64,000 nucleotides of DNA, from NCBI GenBank assembly GCA_025055035.1, contig JANWZB010000002.1, positions 3,000 through 66,999 on the forward strand, written 5' to 3'. Position 1 is the stretch's first letter, and each line of letters opens with the position of its first letter. Below the pieces are notes generated by a model. The model made no database searches. It was not told the origin of the DNA and worked only from the letters and a program-made list of their open reading frames with translations. Origin of the DNA: Candidatus Kapaibacterium sp. (GTDB taxonomy: Bacteria > Bacteroidota > Ignavibacteria > Kapaibacteriales > UBA4661). The translations under genes were made by a program, and so were the position numbers. This document shows positions 21,252 to 31,100 of this stretch, piece by piece.

Positions 21252-21309
21252 TGTGGAGTTTCCACAAGATTATCCACAAGATTGTATATTTTCCACAATG
21301 TTATCCACA
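21252..21309. promoter_or_regulatory. Array of five DnaA-box-like 9-mers (two perfect TTATCCACA) in the promoter region of the thiamine pyrophosphokinase gene
   Basis: TGTGGAG (rc) at 21252. GTTTCCACA at 21258. TTATCCACA at 21270. TTTTCCACA at 21289. TTATCCACA at 21301. The four head-to-tail boxes are spaced 12, 19 and 12 bp apart. Confidence 0.55.
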
Positions 21310-21318
21310 GTAAGTGGT

Positions 21319-23040
21319 TTAAATTTTGGTTGCTGATTTTGTGCAAGATGCATGCTCAGTGCAGCAGAGCACAAGCATTGTGATGTCATCTGACTGAGGT
21401 TGTTTACCAGCGTGGCGCTGTACTTCTTCAACAACAGCAGAAATGAGAGTTTGAGCAGATTGGTCAGAATAGGTGTGTAAGACTGCTTCAAGGCGCTGTT
21501 CTGTGAATTCTTCGTAGTGTTCGTTGAGCGCTTCTGAGACCCCATCGGTGTAGCATACAAGGATATCTCCTTTATCAAGAAAGATAGTCCGTTCTTCGTA
21601 TGGTATTACTGCTTCCATAACACCAAGTATTAAGCCACCCTCTGAGAGACGCTCTATCGTTCCGTTAGCACGTCGTACAAGGGGTGGATTGTGTCCCGCA
21701 TTACAAAATGTTAAGGTATGGTTCCGAGCATTGAGCTTCGCACAAAACAGTGTAATAAACTTATCTGCGCTTGTATTCGCAACAAGTAGCGTGTTGATTC
21801 GATTGACCAAAGATGAAAGTGGTAAATTTATCGGCGCTAAAGCTCGTAGAGCTGCTTGGATATTCGCCATTAGTAGAGCAGCAGGGGTGCCCTTGCCCGA
21901 AACGTCAGCAATCACAAGCAGCCATTCATCGTTGCCAAGAGAAATGACATCATAATAATCACCGCCTATCTGCTTTGATGAAATACTAATACCCATGATG
22001 TCAAATTCTGCTATAGTAGGTAGCTGCTGAGGAAGAAGACCTTGTTGAATTGTTCGGGCGAGGTTGAGCTCATCTTCGAGGCGCTTTTTCTCTAGTTCTT
22101 CATGAAATAACCGCGCATTCTCAAGAGCGATCATTGCTATTCCCCCAAGTGCTTCAAGAAAGTTACGCTCTTCAGTAGTAAAAGGTCGTCCATTCATCCT
22201 CGGTCCAACTAGTAGTAACCCTTTTACTTCGTTTTGTGTTTTCATCGGTACAGCAACAGCACAGTCATGTATGATATGCGAACATTCTTCTAGCACGTGG
22301 GGATTGCTGTAATATGCTGCGCTCAAGCGCTCGACGTCTTCGAGAGTAATATTCATTCGATTGATAGAAACCTCAAAGCTTGCACTATTGCGAAGGTTCT
22401 TTATGAGAACAGCAAACTTACTAACCGCCAGCTGTCCCATAAGGTGTAAGCTGAGAAACTTTAAGATATCCTCTTTGCGCAGGAGTGCAGTAAACTCTCG
22501 GTTAATTTCAAAGAGCGTCGTCAGAAGTTGATTTTTCCGCTCAAGATATATCCCTGTTTCCCGCAATGCTCGCAGGTTGCGGGCATTGAGTACGGCGTTG
22601 GCTGTGATGCTACTCACAAGCGAAGTGTACTGATACTCTTCTTCTGTGTATGGTTGTTGAGTAATGTTAGCACCAAAACATAGAAGACCAATACACTGTG
22701 GTTGCATATCGTTGATAGAAATGCATACTGCTTGGCACAGCTCAATACCAGCTGAAGTAATGACGTCATGGTGTATGGTGATATGACCGTTATTTTGAAA
22801 TTGAACAGGAATTTCAAGCGGCTCGTTTGGCAAAATAATGCCTTTCGCCACAATGCATCGCCAAATACTCAGATTCGATGTAAATACTGGTACAAGAGCA
22901 CAGGCTTTAACTGTACGCAGTTTCCCCATGACACTAAGAAGAGCGGTATTAAAGATAAAAGATTCATCGTCAGAGGAGTTCAGCGCGGCACTTAAATCGA
23001 TGAGTGATTGGAGATTGATAAGCGTTGTCGATGAAAGCAT
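21319..23040 (-). CDS. Tandem-GAF – PP2C (SpoIIE/RsbU-type) serine phosphatase
   Basis: C-terminal PP2C motifs (GGDYYDV, ADVSGKG, CNAGHNPP, DGVSEA, SDDITMLV). The N-terminal approx. 330 aa are GAF-like. Confidence 0.75.
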   Translation of the reverse strand: MLSSTTLINLQSLIDLSAALNSSDDESFIFNTALLSVMGKLRTVKACALVPVFTSNLSIWRCIVAKGIILPNEPLEIPVQFQNNGHITIHHDVITSAGIELCQAVCISINDMQPQCIGLLCFGANITQQPYTEEEYQYTSLVSSITANAVLNARNLRALRETGIYLERKNQLLTTLFEINREFTALLRKEDILKFLSLHLMGQLAVSKFAVLIKNLRNSASFEVSINRMNITLEDVERLSAAYYSNPHVLEECSHIIHDCAVAVPMKTQNEVKGLLLVGPRMNGRPFTTEERNFLEALGGIAMIALENARLFHEELEKKRLEDELNLARTIQQGLLPQQLPTIAEFDIMGISISSKQIGGDYYDVISLGNDEWLLVIADVSGKGTPAALLMANIQAALRALAPINLPLSSLVNRINTLLVANTSADKFITLFCAKLNARNHTLTFCNAGHNPPLVRRANGTIERLSEGGLILGVMEAVIPYEERTIFLDKGDILVCYTDGVSEALNEHYEEFTEQRLEAVLHTYSDQSAQTLISAVVEEVQRHAGKQPQSDDITMLVLCCTEHASCTKSATKI

Positions 23041-23064
23041 GATTTTGGTAAGGTTGCTATCCTT

Positions 23065-24363
23065 CTATGAAATTCCGCATCGTGCGAAAATTGCATCAAT
23101 ATTGCTAAGAAAGGACATTGGAATGCTAAAAATTTCTTCTAAATCCCTATGTGACAAGAATCGAGTAACATCTGCATCTTGTCTAAGGTGTTCTAAAAAT
23201 GGCTTACGGTCTTTCCATGTACGCATAGCGTTGCGCTGTACCATTGCATAGGCATCTTCTCGAGAAACACCTCGCTTGACAAGCTCTAGTAGAACAGTTT
23301 GCGAGAATATAAGTCCGCAAGTTGCATGTAGGTTCTTTTGCATGGTTTCTGGGTACACGAGCAAATTCCTAAGTAAATTGTTCGTGAGATGGAGCATGTA
23401 ATCCAGTATGATTGTAGAGTCGGGAATAACGATGCGTTCAACACTGCTATGAGAAATATCTCTCTCATGCCACAATCCAACATTTTCCATTGCAGCAATT
23501 GCATTTCCGCGAAGGACGCGAGCAAGTCCACAAATACGTTCGGACATAATAGGATTGCGCTTATGAGGCATAGCCGAACTACCTTTTTGTCCTGCTGAGA
23601 AGTATTCTTCCACTTCGAGTACTTCTGTACGTTGCAAGTGACGGACTTCGAGGGCGATTTTTTCCAGAGATGCGCCAATAAGAGCAAGCACCAATAGAAA
23701 CTCGGCGTGGCGGTCGCGTTGAATAATTTGAGTAGTTATAGGGTCTGGTTTTAAGCCGAGCTTCCGAGCCACGTATTCTTCAACTTTCATAGAAATGTGC
23801 TCATACGTTCCTACAGCGCCGCTAATCATGGCTACTGATACACTGTCAATTGCTTGGGTAAGTCGTCGTATATTGCGTTTAGTTTCCTCATGCCACAAAA
23901 GAAATTTTAATCCAAACGTTGTTGGTTCTGCATGGATACCATGGGTTCGACCAATACATATAGTATACTTGAATTCTTGAGCACGTTGAGCGGTAATATC
24001 ACGCAAGCGCTGTAGTCCTTCTAACAACAGCTCGCCTGCCTGCTTCATTTGAATAGATAAACATGTATCGAGAATATCGCTCGAAGTCATTCCCAGATGA
24101 ATATAGCGAGCAGATTCACCAACATATTCAGCCACGTTTGTTAGAAAGGCAATAACATCATGTTTTGTTGTCTCTTCAATTTCAAGTATTCGCTGAACGT
24201 CAAATTGTGCTTTAGCTTTAATATTGTCGAGATCTGCCTGTGGAACAATCCCAAGAAGAGCTTGTGCTTCAACGGCTGCTATTTCGATGTCTAGCCAGAT
24301 GCGATACTTGTTTTCGTCGCACCAGATTGACCCCATTTCAGGACGAGTATATCGTGCAATCAT
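23065..24363 (-). CDS. purB: Adenylosuccinate lyase PurB
   Basis: 432 aa. Start MIARYTRPEMGSIW, then the fumarate-lyase signature (GSSAMPHKRNP) and a C-terminal ADSL domain. Confidence 0.85.
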   Translation of the reverse strand: MIARYTRPEMGSIWCDENKYRIWLDIEIAAVEAQALLGIVPQADLDNIKAKAQFDVQRILEIEETTKHDVIAFLTNVAEYVGESARYIHLGMTSSDILDTCLSIQMKQAGELLLEGLQRLRDITAQRAQEFKYTICIGRTHGIHAEPTTFGLKFLLWHEETKRNIRRLTQAIDSVSVAMISGAVGTYEHISMKVEEYVARKLGLKPDPITTQIIQRDRHAEFLLVLALIGASLEKIALEVRHLQRTEVLEVEEYFSAGQKGSSAMPHKRNPIMSERICGLARVLRGNAIAAMENVGLWHERDISHSSVERIVIPDSTIILDYMLHLTNNLLRNLLVYPETMQKNLHATCGLIFSQTVLLELVKRGVSREDAYAMVQRNAMRTWKDRKPFLEHLRQDADVTRFLSHRDLEEIFSIPMSFLSNIDAIFARCGIS

Positions 24364-24417
24364 AGGTGTTGAGTAAAATACCCAAAATACCTTAGGTTCA
24401 CAAACTAGAAACTAAAA

Positions 24418-24891
24418 CTAGAGGACTTCATCGCATTCTATAGTGTACATAATGTCAGCAAATTCATCAGTAACATTCGTATTCACTATCAATTTGCCAC
24501 GTACTCGCACAATACCACCTTTGTATTGTGTTACCTTTCCTTTCCTCATCTGGACAAAGATGACTTCATTAACACGAAGAGGCGGATGACAAAAACAATT
24601 CATTGGTGGTGATGAAGCTAAAACAAACTCATCGATATCTTCGAGCTGAGTAAGAGCAGCCATAAACCCTATAATTTCAACGTTTTTACCGTTAAATTCA
24701 AGTACCTCTTGCGGTGGCTTTTTACCAGGTATATATAGACGCAAGGTGCGAAACGATAGTGTCTGGTACGAAGTCGCATAATGTGCAGCGTGTAATGGCA
24801 GCGAAGTATAGACTACAGAAGTAGCGTATGATGAAAAATATGTCATAGAGATACACAATCCGAGAGAGAAAAATGCAATAGTGAGGTACAT
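24418..24891 (-). CDS. Secreted hypothetical protein (DUF3299-like)
   Basis: Signal peptide, then a conserved CxCHPP region (NCFCHPPLRVNEVIFV). 157 aa. Confidence 0.45.
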   Translation of the reverse strand: MYLTIAFFSLGLCISMTYFSSYATSVVYTSLPLHAAHYATSYQTLSFRTLRLYIPGKKPPQEVLEFNGKNVEIIGFMAALTQLEDIDEFVLASSPPMNCFCHPPLRVNEVIFVQMRKGKVTQYKGGIVRVRGKLIVNTNVTDEFADIMYTIECDEVL

Positions 24892-25178
24892 ACGCTTTTA
24901 GGGAAGTTGAGTAAAAAACATACGCATATAGTAGAGTAGCTGTAAAATAAAAATAAACGATGCAGACTAAATACGCAAGAGTTTGAGGCGTAATGTTCTA
25001 ATGCTCCAAATGGAAGAGCAATGTTTCACGTGGAACATTCCTGCCAAAAGCTTGAGGTTCTTACATGCTTCCTAGTTGATCTGATAGTACCATGTACTGC
25101 ATCTAACAAAAACTTGACTATTAGGTGGTATCTTAGTATTTTCTACTTGCACTCGTGTACCAATCGTATCCGAAAAAG

Positions 25179-26132
25179 ATGAGTAGGCAAATAAAGCAGC
25201 ATGACGAATTGCGGCTCCTCATTACAGGTGCAGGTAGTAAGGTGGCAGAAGCTATCGCGCGCATTCTTCTTATGTCTCCGCTTAGGCACAATCTATATTT
25301 TACTACTTCAGGAATCTCTGGGTTTGCTCATCCTGATGGAGAAAAAATTATTGTATGTGATGTCAGCAACCGAAAACACCTGAAAGAGCTATGTTTATAT
25401 ATCCAGCCACATGTGATTATTAACACTGCGGCATACACTAATGTTGATAGAGCGGAAATTGAGCGCCAGCAAGCATGGAAAGCAAATGTGTGTATTGTAG
25501 AGAATTTAGTCGCTGTTTGTCGTTTAGTAGATGCTCATTTGATTCATTTTTCTACGGATTATGTATTCGACGGCGAGCACGGCCCGTATGTCGAGACAGA
25601 TACGCCTAATCCCCTTGGATATTATGCAAAAACAAAGCTTGCAGGGGAAAATGTATGTATTGGAGGGAATATTGATTATACGATTATCCGCACGAACGTC
25701 TTGTATGGATACACTGAGCAAAAAAAACATGATTTCGTATCATGGACATTGCATCAATTGGATAAGGGAAAGCCGTTTTATGTAGTATCTGACCAGTTTT
25801 CTAATCCAACGCTTATAGATGACGTTGGATACATGGTAGAAAAGATCATACGAAAGCGTGCGCAGGGAATATTTCATGCTGGCGGTGCAGATTGGGTTTC
25901 TCGGTATGACTTTGCACGGGCAATCGCGCGCATATTCCGCCTGCCCGAAGATCTTGTTCAGCCAATTTCAACACGAGAACTGCGCCAGCTTGCTCCACGA
26001 CCCATGCGTGGGGGTGTAATTGCTTACAAGGCAGAAGCTCTCTTTGGTATGAAATTCTGCGGTATAGAAAGTGGTCTCTTGACAATGAAGCGCCAACTCC
26101 AATCTGCTGGCTGTCATGCATGGATACTCTAA
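25179..26132 (+). CDS. rfbD: dTDP-4-dehydrorhamnose reductase (RmlD/RfbD)
   Basis: GAGS...STDYVFDG...YAKTK RmlD signature (YxxxK). Solitary, with no rmlABC adjacent. A start at 25155 is an alternative. Confidence 0.75.
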   Translation: MSRQIKQHDELRLLITGAGSKVAEAIARILLMSPLRHNLYFTTSGISGFAHPDGEKIIVCDVSNRKHLKELCLYIQPHVIINTAAYTNVDRAEIERQQAWKANVCIVENLVAVCRLVDAHLIHFSTDYVFDGEHGPYVETDTPNPLGYYAKTKLAGENVCIGGNIDYTIIRTNVLYGYTEQKKHDFVSWTLHQLDKGKPFYVVSDQFSNPTLIDDVGYMVEKIIRKRAQGIFHAGGADWVSRYDFARAIARIFRLPEDLVQPISTRELRQLAPRPMRGGVIAYKAEALFGMKFCGIESGLLTMKRQLQSAGCHAWIL

Positions 26133-26671
26133 AGTCAGAGCATATGGATAAGACAATACATGTTCGGCCACTTGAAGAGGAGGATTTTACAGCATTTGTT
26201 CGTTTGCGAGAAGAAGCATTGCGTAATGAACCCGAAGCATTTGGTCCAGACTATGATTCCTATAGCACAGCGCCTCTTCTAGACAAAGAGCATTACTTTG
26301 AGAGAATTTTGAAATACCCGTTTAGCTTTTCATTAGGAGCGTTCGCCAGTGATGGTACTCTTATAGGTATGGGTTGCTTTACATGCCCTTATACCATGAT
26401 AAAGCGACGGCACAAAGGAATTATGTGGGGAATGTATGTGAAGCCAGAGTACAGAGGGCGCGGGATTGGTAAAAAAATTGCTGAACTTATCTTGTTGGCG
26501 GCAAAAGAAGATGCAGGATGTGAGCAAGTGCTCATTACTGTTACACCTCCGGGCTCACCAGCACATAAGTTTTACGAAAGCTTGGGTTTTATCCAATATG
26601 GTATTGAGTATCAAGCTCTGAAGCTTGAAACAGGCTATATTGATGAAGTGCTCATGATGAAGATCTTGTAG
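26120..26671 (+). CDS. GNAT-family N-acetyltransferase
   Basis: Acetyl-CoA-binding motif RGRGIGKKIAELIL and a GNAT fold. Overlaps the rfbD stop by 13 nt. An alternative start is at 26144. Confidence 0.7.
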   Translation: MDTLKSEHMDKTIHVRPLEEEDFTAFVRLREEALRNEPEAFGPDYDSYSTAPLLDKEHYFERILKYPFSFSLGAFASDGTLIGMGCFTCPYTMIKRRHKGIMWGMYVKPEYRGRGIGKKIAELILLAAKEDAGCEQVLITVTPPGSPAHKFYESLGFIQYGIEYQALKLETGYIDEVLMMKIL

Positions 26672-26751
26672 TTCTGTGTAAAACTTAGCATGTGCATATA
26701 TTGCCCGTATGTGTACAAAAGGGAGTGAAAAGAACAATTAAGGTGAAAGCA

Positions 26752-27996
26752 TTACGAGGCTTTGTAGGATCGCTTCCCAAATTCTTGCAGTAGCTCTCGA
26801 ATCTCGGAAGCACTGATGCTTGTGGTGCTTCCTGTGTCAGGTATTGAACCAATTTGTAGGGCACGGATAGGCATAGGCATAGTGATTCCAGCATCCTTGA
26901 ACGTGTAGTAAATCTGTTTCATAACGTTGCTTCGCGCCTCAAATTGTAAGTCAAAGTGGCTGATGGCGATGAGTAAGCGGAAGTTCAGTGTGTACTCTCC
27001 AAACTCGCGAAAGCGCACAAGAGGCTCTGGGTTGTACAGTAAACCCCGTATCTTGCCAGACAAATTGGGATTACCAGAAGGTACAGCGAAGGCTTCTTCG
27101 CGTGTAGCAGAGCCGTACTGATAAACCATTTTGAGAAGAACATCTTCCACAAGCTGAGGGTCGGTATTATAGTGTACACCAAACGTCAGAAGCAAGTACT
27201 GTATTTCTGTAGGAAGGTTATAGTTAATAACAATTGCTTGAGCAAGTTTGTTATTGGGAATAAGAACACAGTTCATTTCTAGCATTTCGATAACAGTGTT
27301 ACGCCAGCCAATATCGCGCACATAGCCTTCGAATCCGTCGCTTGTGCGGATATAGTCGCCAACGCATATTTGCCGTGCTAGTGTGATATAGATTCCTGCG
27401 AAAAGGTTAGAGAGTGTGTCCTGAAGTGCCAGAGCAACTGCCAATCCTCCCACACCAAGTGCTGTAACAATCGGCGCAATATCAACACCAAAAGACCGAA
27501 GTACCATAACAAAAGCGACTGTATATACTACGATCTCTATTGCTCGACGGGTGAGCGAAACAGCTGCTACACGGCTGTGCTCATTTTCTGCTTGAATACG
27601 AACAAGCATTTTGAGCACCTTTGTTAGTATGTAGGCGAGTAATAGGATAAAGCTAGCTGTTAGTACAGGTCTTGCATACGGCATGATTACTTTCGCATGT
27701 GGTAACTCCCGTAGAGCAATGTTAATCCCTGTTAGTATAACGACATACAAAATACTGCGCCGTAGTGCATCGACAAGAATGTCGTCATACTGATTTTCAC
27801 TTTGTGCGGCTATACGCACAAGCCATCGTCCTGTTATCCATCGTAAGATGATACCAATAATAACCGAACCACAGACAATAGCAGCAGAGGGAAGGTACGG
27901 GTTCGCAAGGTGAGGAGAAATAACATCATAAAGCTGGTCGAGCATAGGTATGATGATTTGTGAAGCACAGGGAAGTTGAGACATCAATCGTTGCAA
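26752..27996 (-). CDS. MscS-family mechanosensitive channel
   Basis: Pore helix with the conserved [22 protein letters not shown] motif, followed by beta and C-terminal domains. 414 aa. Confidence 0.8.
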   Translation of the reverse strand: MQRLMSQLPCASQIIIPMLDQLYDVISPHLANPYLPSAAIVCGSVIIGIILRWITGRWLVRIAAQSENQYDDILVDALRRSILYVVILTGINIALRELPHAKVIMPYARPVLTASFILLLAYILTKVLKMLVRIQAENEHSRVAAVSLTRRAIEIVVYTVAFVMVLRSFGVDIAPIVTALGVGGLAVALALQDTLSNLFAGIYITLARQICVGDYIRTSDGFEGYVRDIGWRNTVIEMLEMNCVLIPNNKLAQAIVINYNLPTEIQYLLLTFGVHYNTDPQLVEDVLLKMVYQYGSATREEAFAVPSGNPNLSGKIRGLLYNPEPLVRFREFGEYTLNFRLLIAISHFDLQFEARSNVMKQIYYTFKDAGITMPMPIRALQIGSIPDTGSTTSISASEIRELLQEFGKRSYKAS

Positions 27997-28173
27997 ATAT
28001 ATTGAAGTTTGTCGTGAGCTGCCAAAGTGATATTTTTATGGGCTTAATTCTTGTCGCAATACTTTCAAATAGTGCCCTTCGCTATGATGTTGTGTGCTGT
28101 GCGTTGCTTCCATATGCTGCGTTGTGTGTGGAAAACATCATTGAAAACAGCATGTTGTAGCATAATGTTGCTG

Positions 28174-31100
28174 ATGTGCCAGAACCTGCAACGACTACAC
28201 ATCTCGCAATGCGGAGGAACTCTTCTAGTGTTGCTGCTCTCATCTGTACATGTATTGTACACGCAATCTTTAACGCTTTTTGATGTCAATGCTTCGGCGT
28301 TTCCTGTGGTCCGAGCAAAGTTTTTTGCTCTCGATGCTGACGGAAAACCGCTAACTGATATATCTGCTCGTGATGTTGTTGTGCGAGAGCATGGGGTCCC
28401 CCGAACTGTAACAGCTGTTGTGTGTTCTCCACAGCAGAGCACAGTGCGGTCTCTCTCTGTTGTTTTGACAATTGATGTTTCAGGTTCAATGAAAGAAGGA
28501 ACTTCGGGCGTTTCGCATTTGTCCTTAGCACAAGCAGCTGCACGTGCATGGGTGCAGGCTATGCCTGAAGAAAATGTCGAATGTGCAATTACAAGTTACG
28601 ACCACATAAGCTATCTCAACCAAGATTTTACACAAGACCGTAAGCGTCTCCTTAAAGCTATCGCTAATTTGAAGCCTCAAGGGGGAACAGATTATGATGC
28701 AGGACTTCTCAGACCGCAAGGAGGAAGCTTGTTCGTGATGCAAAATGCTAAGTATAGTCGCCGTATCGTCATTTTTCTTACAGATGGACAAGGCGGAGGA
28801 ACTGAAGAGCAAATAATTGAAGTAGCAAAAAGCGATGGCGTGAGCATATACTGTATTGCTGTTGGTATGCCTGCACCCGAAATTCTACGCAATATTGCAC
28901 GCCAGACAGGAGGAGAGTGCTTCGATAATATTACAACAGTTCAACAAGCTGAGCAAATCTACCGTATTCTGTTACAATTTGCTCTTGGGAGTAAGCCATG
29001 CGAAGTATCATGGCTCAGCGAGCAGACATGTAGTGTCAGCCGTGTGCAAGCAACACTATCGCTCCCTGCACGCCTACTCTCCCATGCGTTTACCTACGAG
29101 ATTCCCGCAAAAGCTGTCAAGGCGCTAGAATTTTCGAGCGAAAACATTACCTTTGGTGGAGTTCCTCCGGGAAAGTCGCGAGAGATGCGTTTAGTTCTAC
29201 GTGCACGTAATAGTGCGTTTACCGTTAATAGTATTGAGAGTTCAGATGAACGATTTAGTGTAACACCGACGTACTTTACCCTGAAGTCTGGACAGCGTAA
29301 AGTCGTTACTGTAAAATATACTCCTACAGATTCAGGATATGCCTTTGCGACACTAACAGTGAACGATAATGTATGTGGGAACCACACTCTGTATGTCAGT
29401 GCAGGATTCCCTGGAAAAAAGCCTCAGCAATCCACATTGAAGTTGTTAGAGCCAAATGGTGGTGAGCAGTATGTTGCTGGGTGTGATACGGTGATTCGTT
29501 GGCAGGGAATTACGCCATCGGAGGCTGTCAGTATTGAGTTCAGCGATGATAATGGTGCATCGTGGCAGAAAATCATTCCTGCTACAAGTGGTCTGCGAAC
29601 AGATTGGCAGATACCCAAAACTTCAACAACTAGAGCACTTGTTCGTCTAAGGCAGCTTCAATCGCCTACATTTTCTCATTTCAAAGACCTCATGACAAGT
29701 GCTGTCTTTCTGCCCGATAATCGTACAGCTGTAACACTTGGTTCAGGAGGAGTTGCGCGAGCATGGAATCTCGATAAAGGTACAATGGGGCAAATATACT
29801 TTAGCAACCAGTTTGGTCAGCGTAAGAGCACCCTACTTCCCGGTAAGCTTGTCGTAACACCGCAGGGCGAATACGTTATTGGCGGATTTGATGAAGGTAC
29901 TGTGCGAATTTGGGACGCTGCAAGTGGCGACTTAGTGGATGTATACTACGATCATGCCGATGCAATTACTGCATTGCGGTTCTTCCCGAGTGATGGGAGC
30001 CGTGTAAGCCGTGTTCTTACCGCAAGCCTCGACAGTACTGCACGAGTATGGTACATAGAGAACGCAGAAACTGCACTTGTGCTTAAGCATAACGGCCCTG
30101 TATACGATGCTGTTGTTTCACCTGATGGTTCTCTTATCGCGACAGCTGGTGGTGATAGTGTTGCTATGCTGTGGGATGCGAAAACAGGCGAGTTACTCTA
30201 CAGGTGCGAAGGACATACGGATGTTGTCCTAAGCGCTGCATTTTCGCCGGACAGTAAGAAGCTTTTGACAACAAGTGCTGATGGAACAGCACGAATCTGG
30301 GATACACGCAAAGGAACACAGCTGGAACGATTCACAGGACATAGAAGTGTTGTATATATGGGAATCTTCTCGCCCGACGGGGAGCGTGTTGTGACGTGTA
30401 GCGCTGATAGTACTATCAAGGTATGGAGTGGCAAAGGTGGAGGATGGATCCAAAATCTACGAGGGCACCAGGGTATTGTAAGAAAAATTATGTTTGTACC
30501 TAATAGTTCAGCGATACTTTCAAGTGTGAGTTCTGATAGAACAGCAAGAATATGGGATTTATCTGCAGGTCGTACAGTCCAAATTCTTGGAGGTGTTGAA
30601 GCACGCAGCAAATCCAGCGTTGGAAGTGGAATAGGCATAGCTGATGGGCATACTGGTGCAGTGTACGATATGGTATTTTCTCCTAATGGTGCGTATGCAG
30701 CTACAGTAGGCACTGACCATAAAGTGTATTTTTGGAGAATAAATACAACAGCATCAGTCTCTGCTGGAAGTATTTTTCGATCTAGCCCTTTAATTTGGGC
30801 GCTTGACACCACTGCTGTACAAGAAGCTATCTCTGCTGCTCCATTTACTATTACTCAGCCTCGTTTTTCTGTTAAAAGCATTGATATGGGGCGGCAACTG
30901 CGTGGGGACAGCAAGGATTCTGTTATTGTAGCTTGTATCCAAAATGAGGATAATACTCCTTTGCGCATTGATGAGTTGTCATTTCTTGGTAGTGCGGCAC
31001 AGGACTATAGTATTGTGTCAGGCGGAGCGCCGTGTATCGTACCCCCAAAAGGTTCTCGTAATCTGGAAGTACGCTTTAAGCCGTGCTGCGTGGGCGGGAG

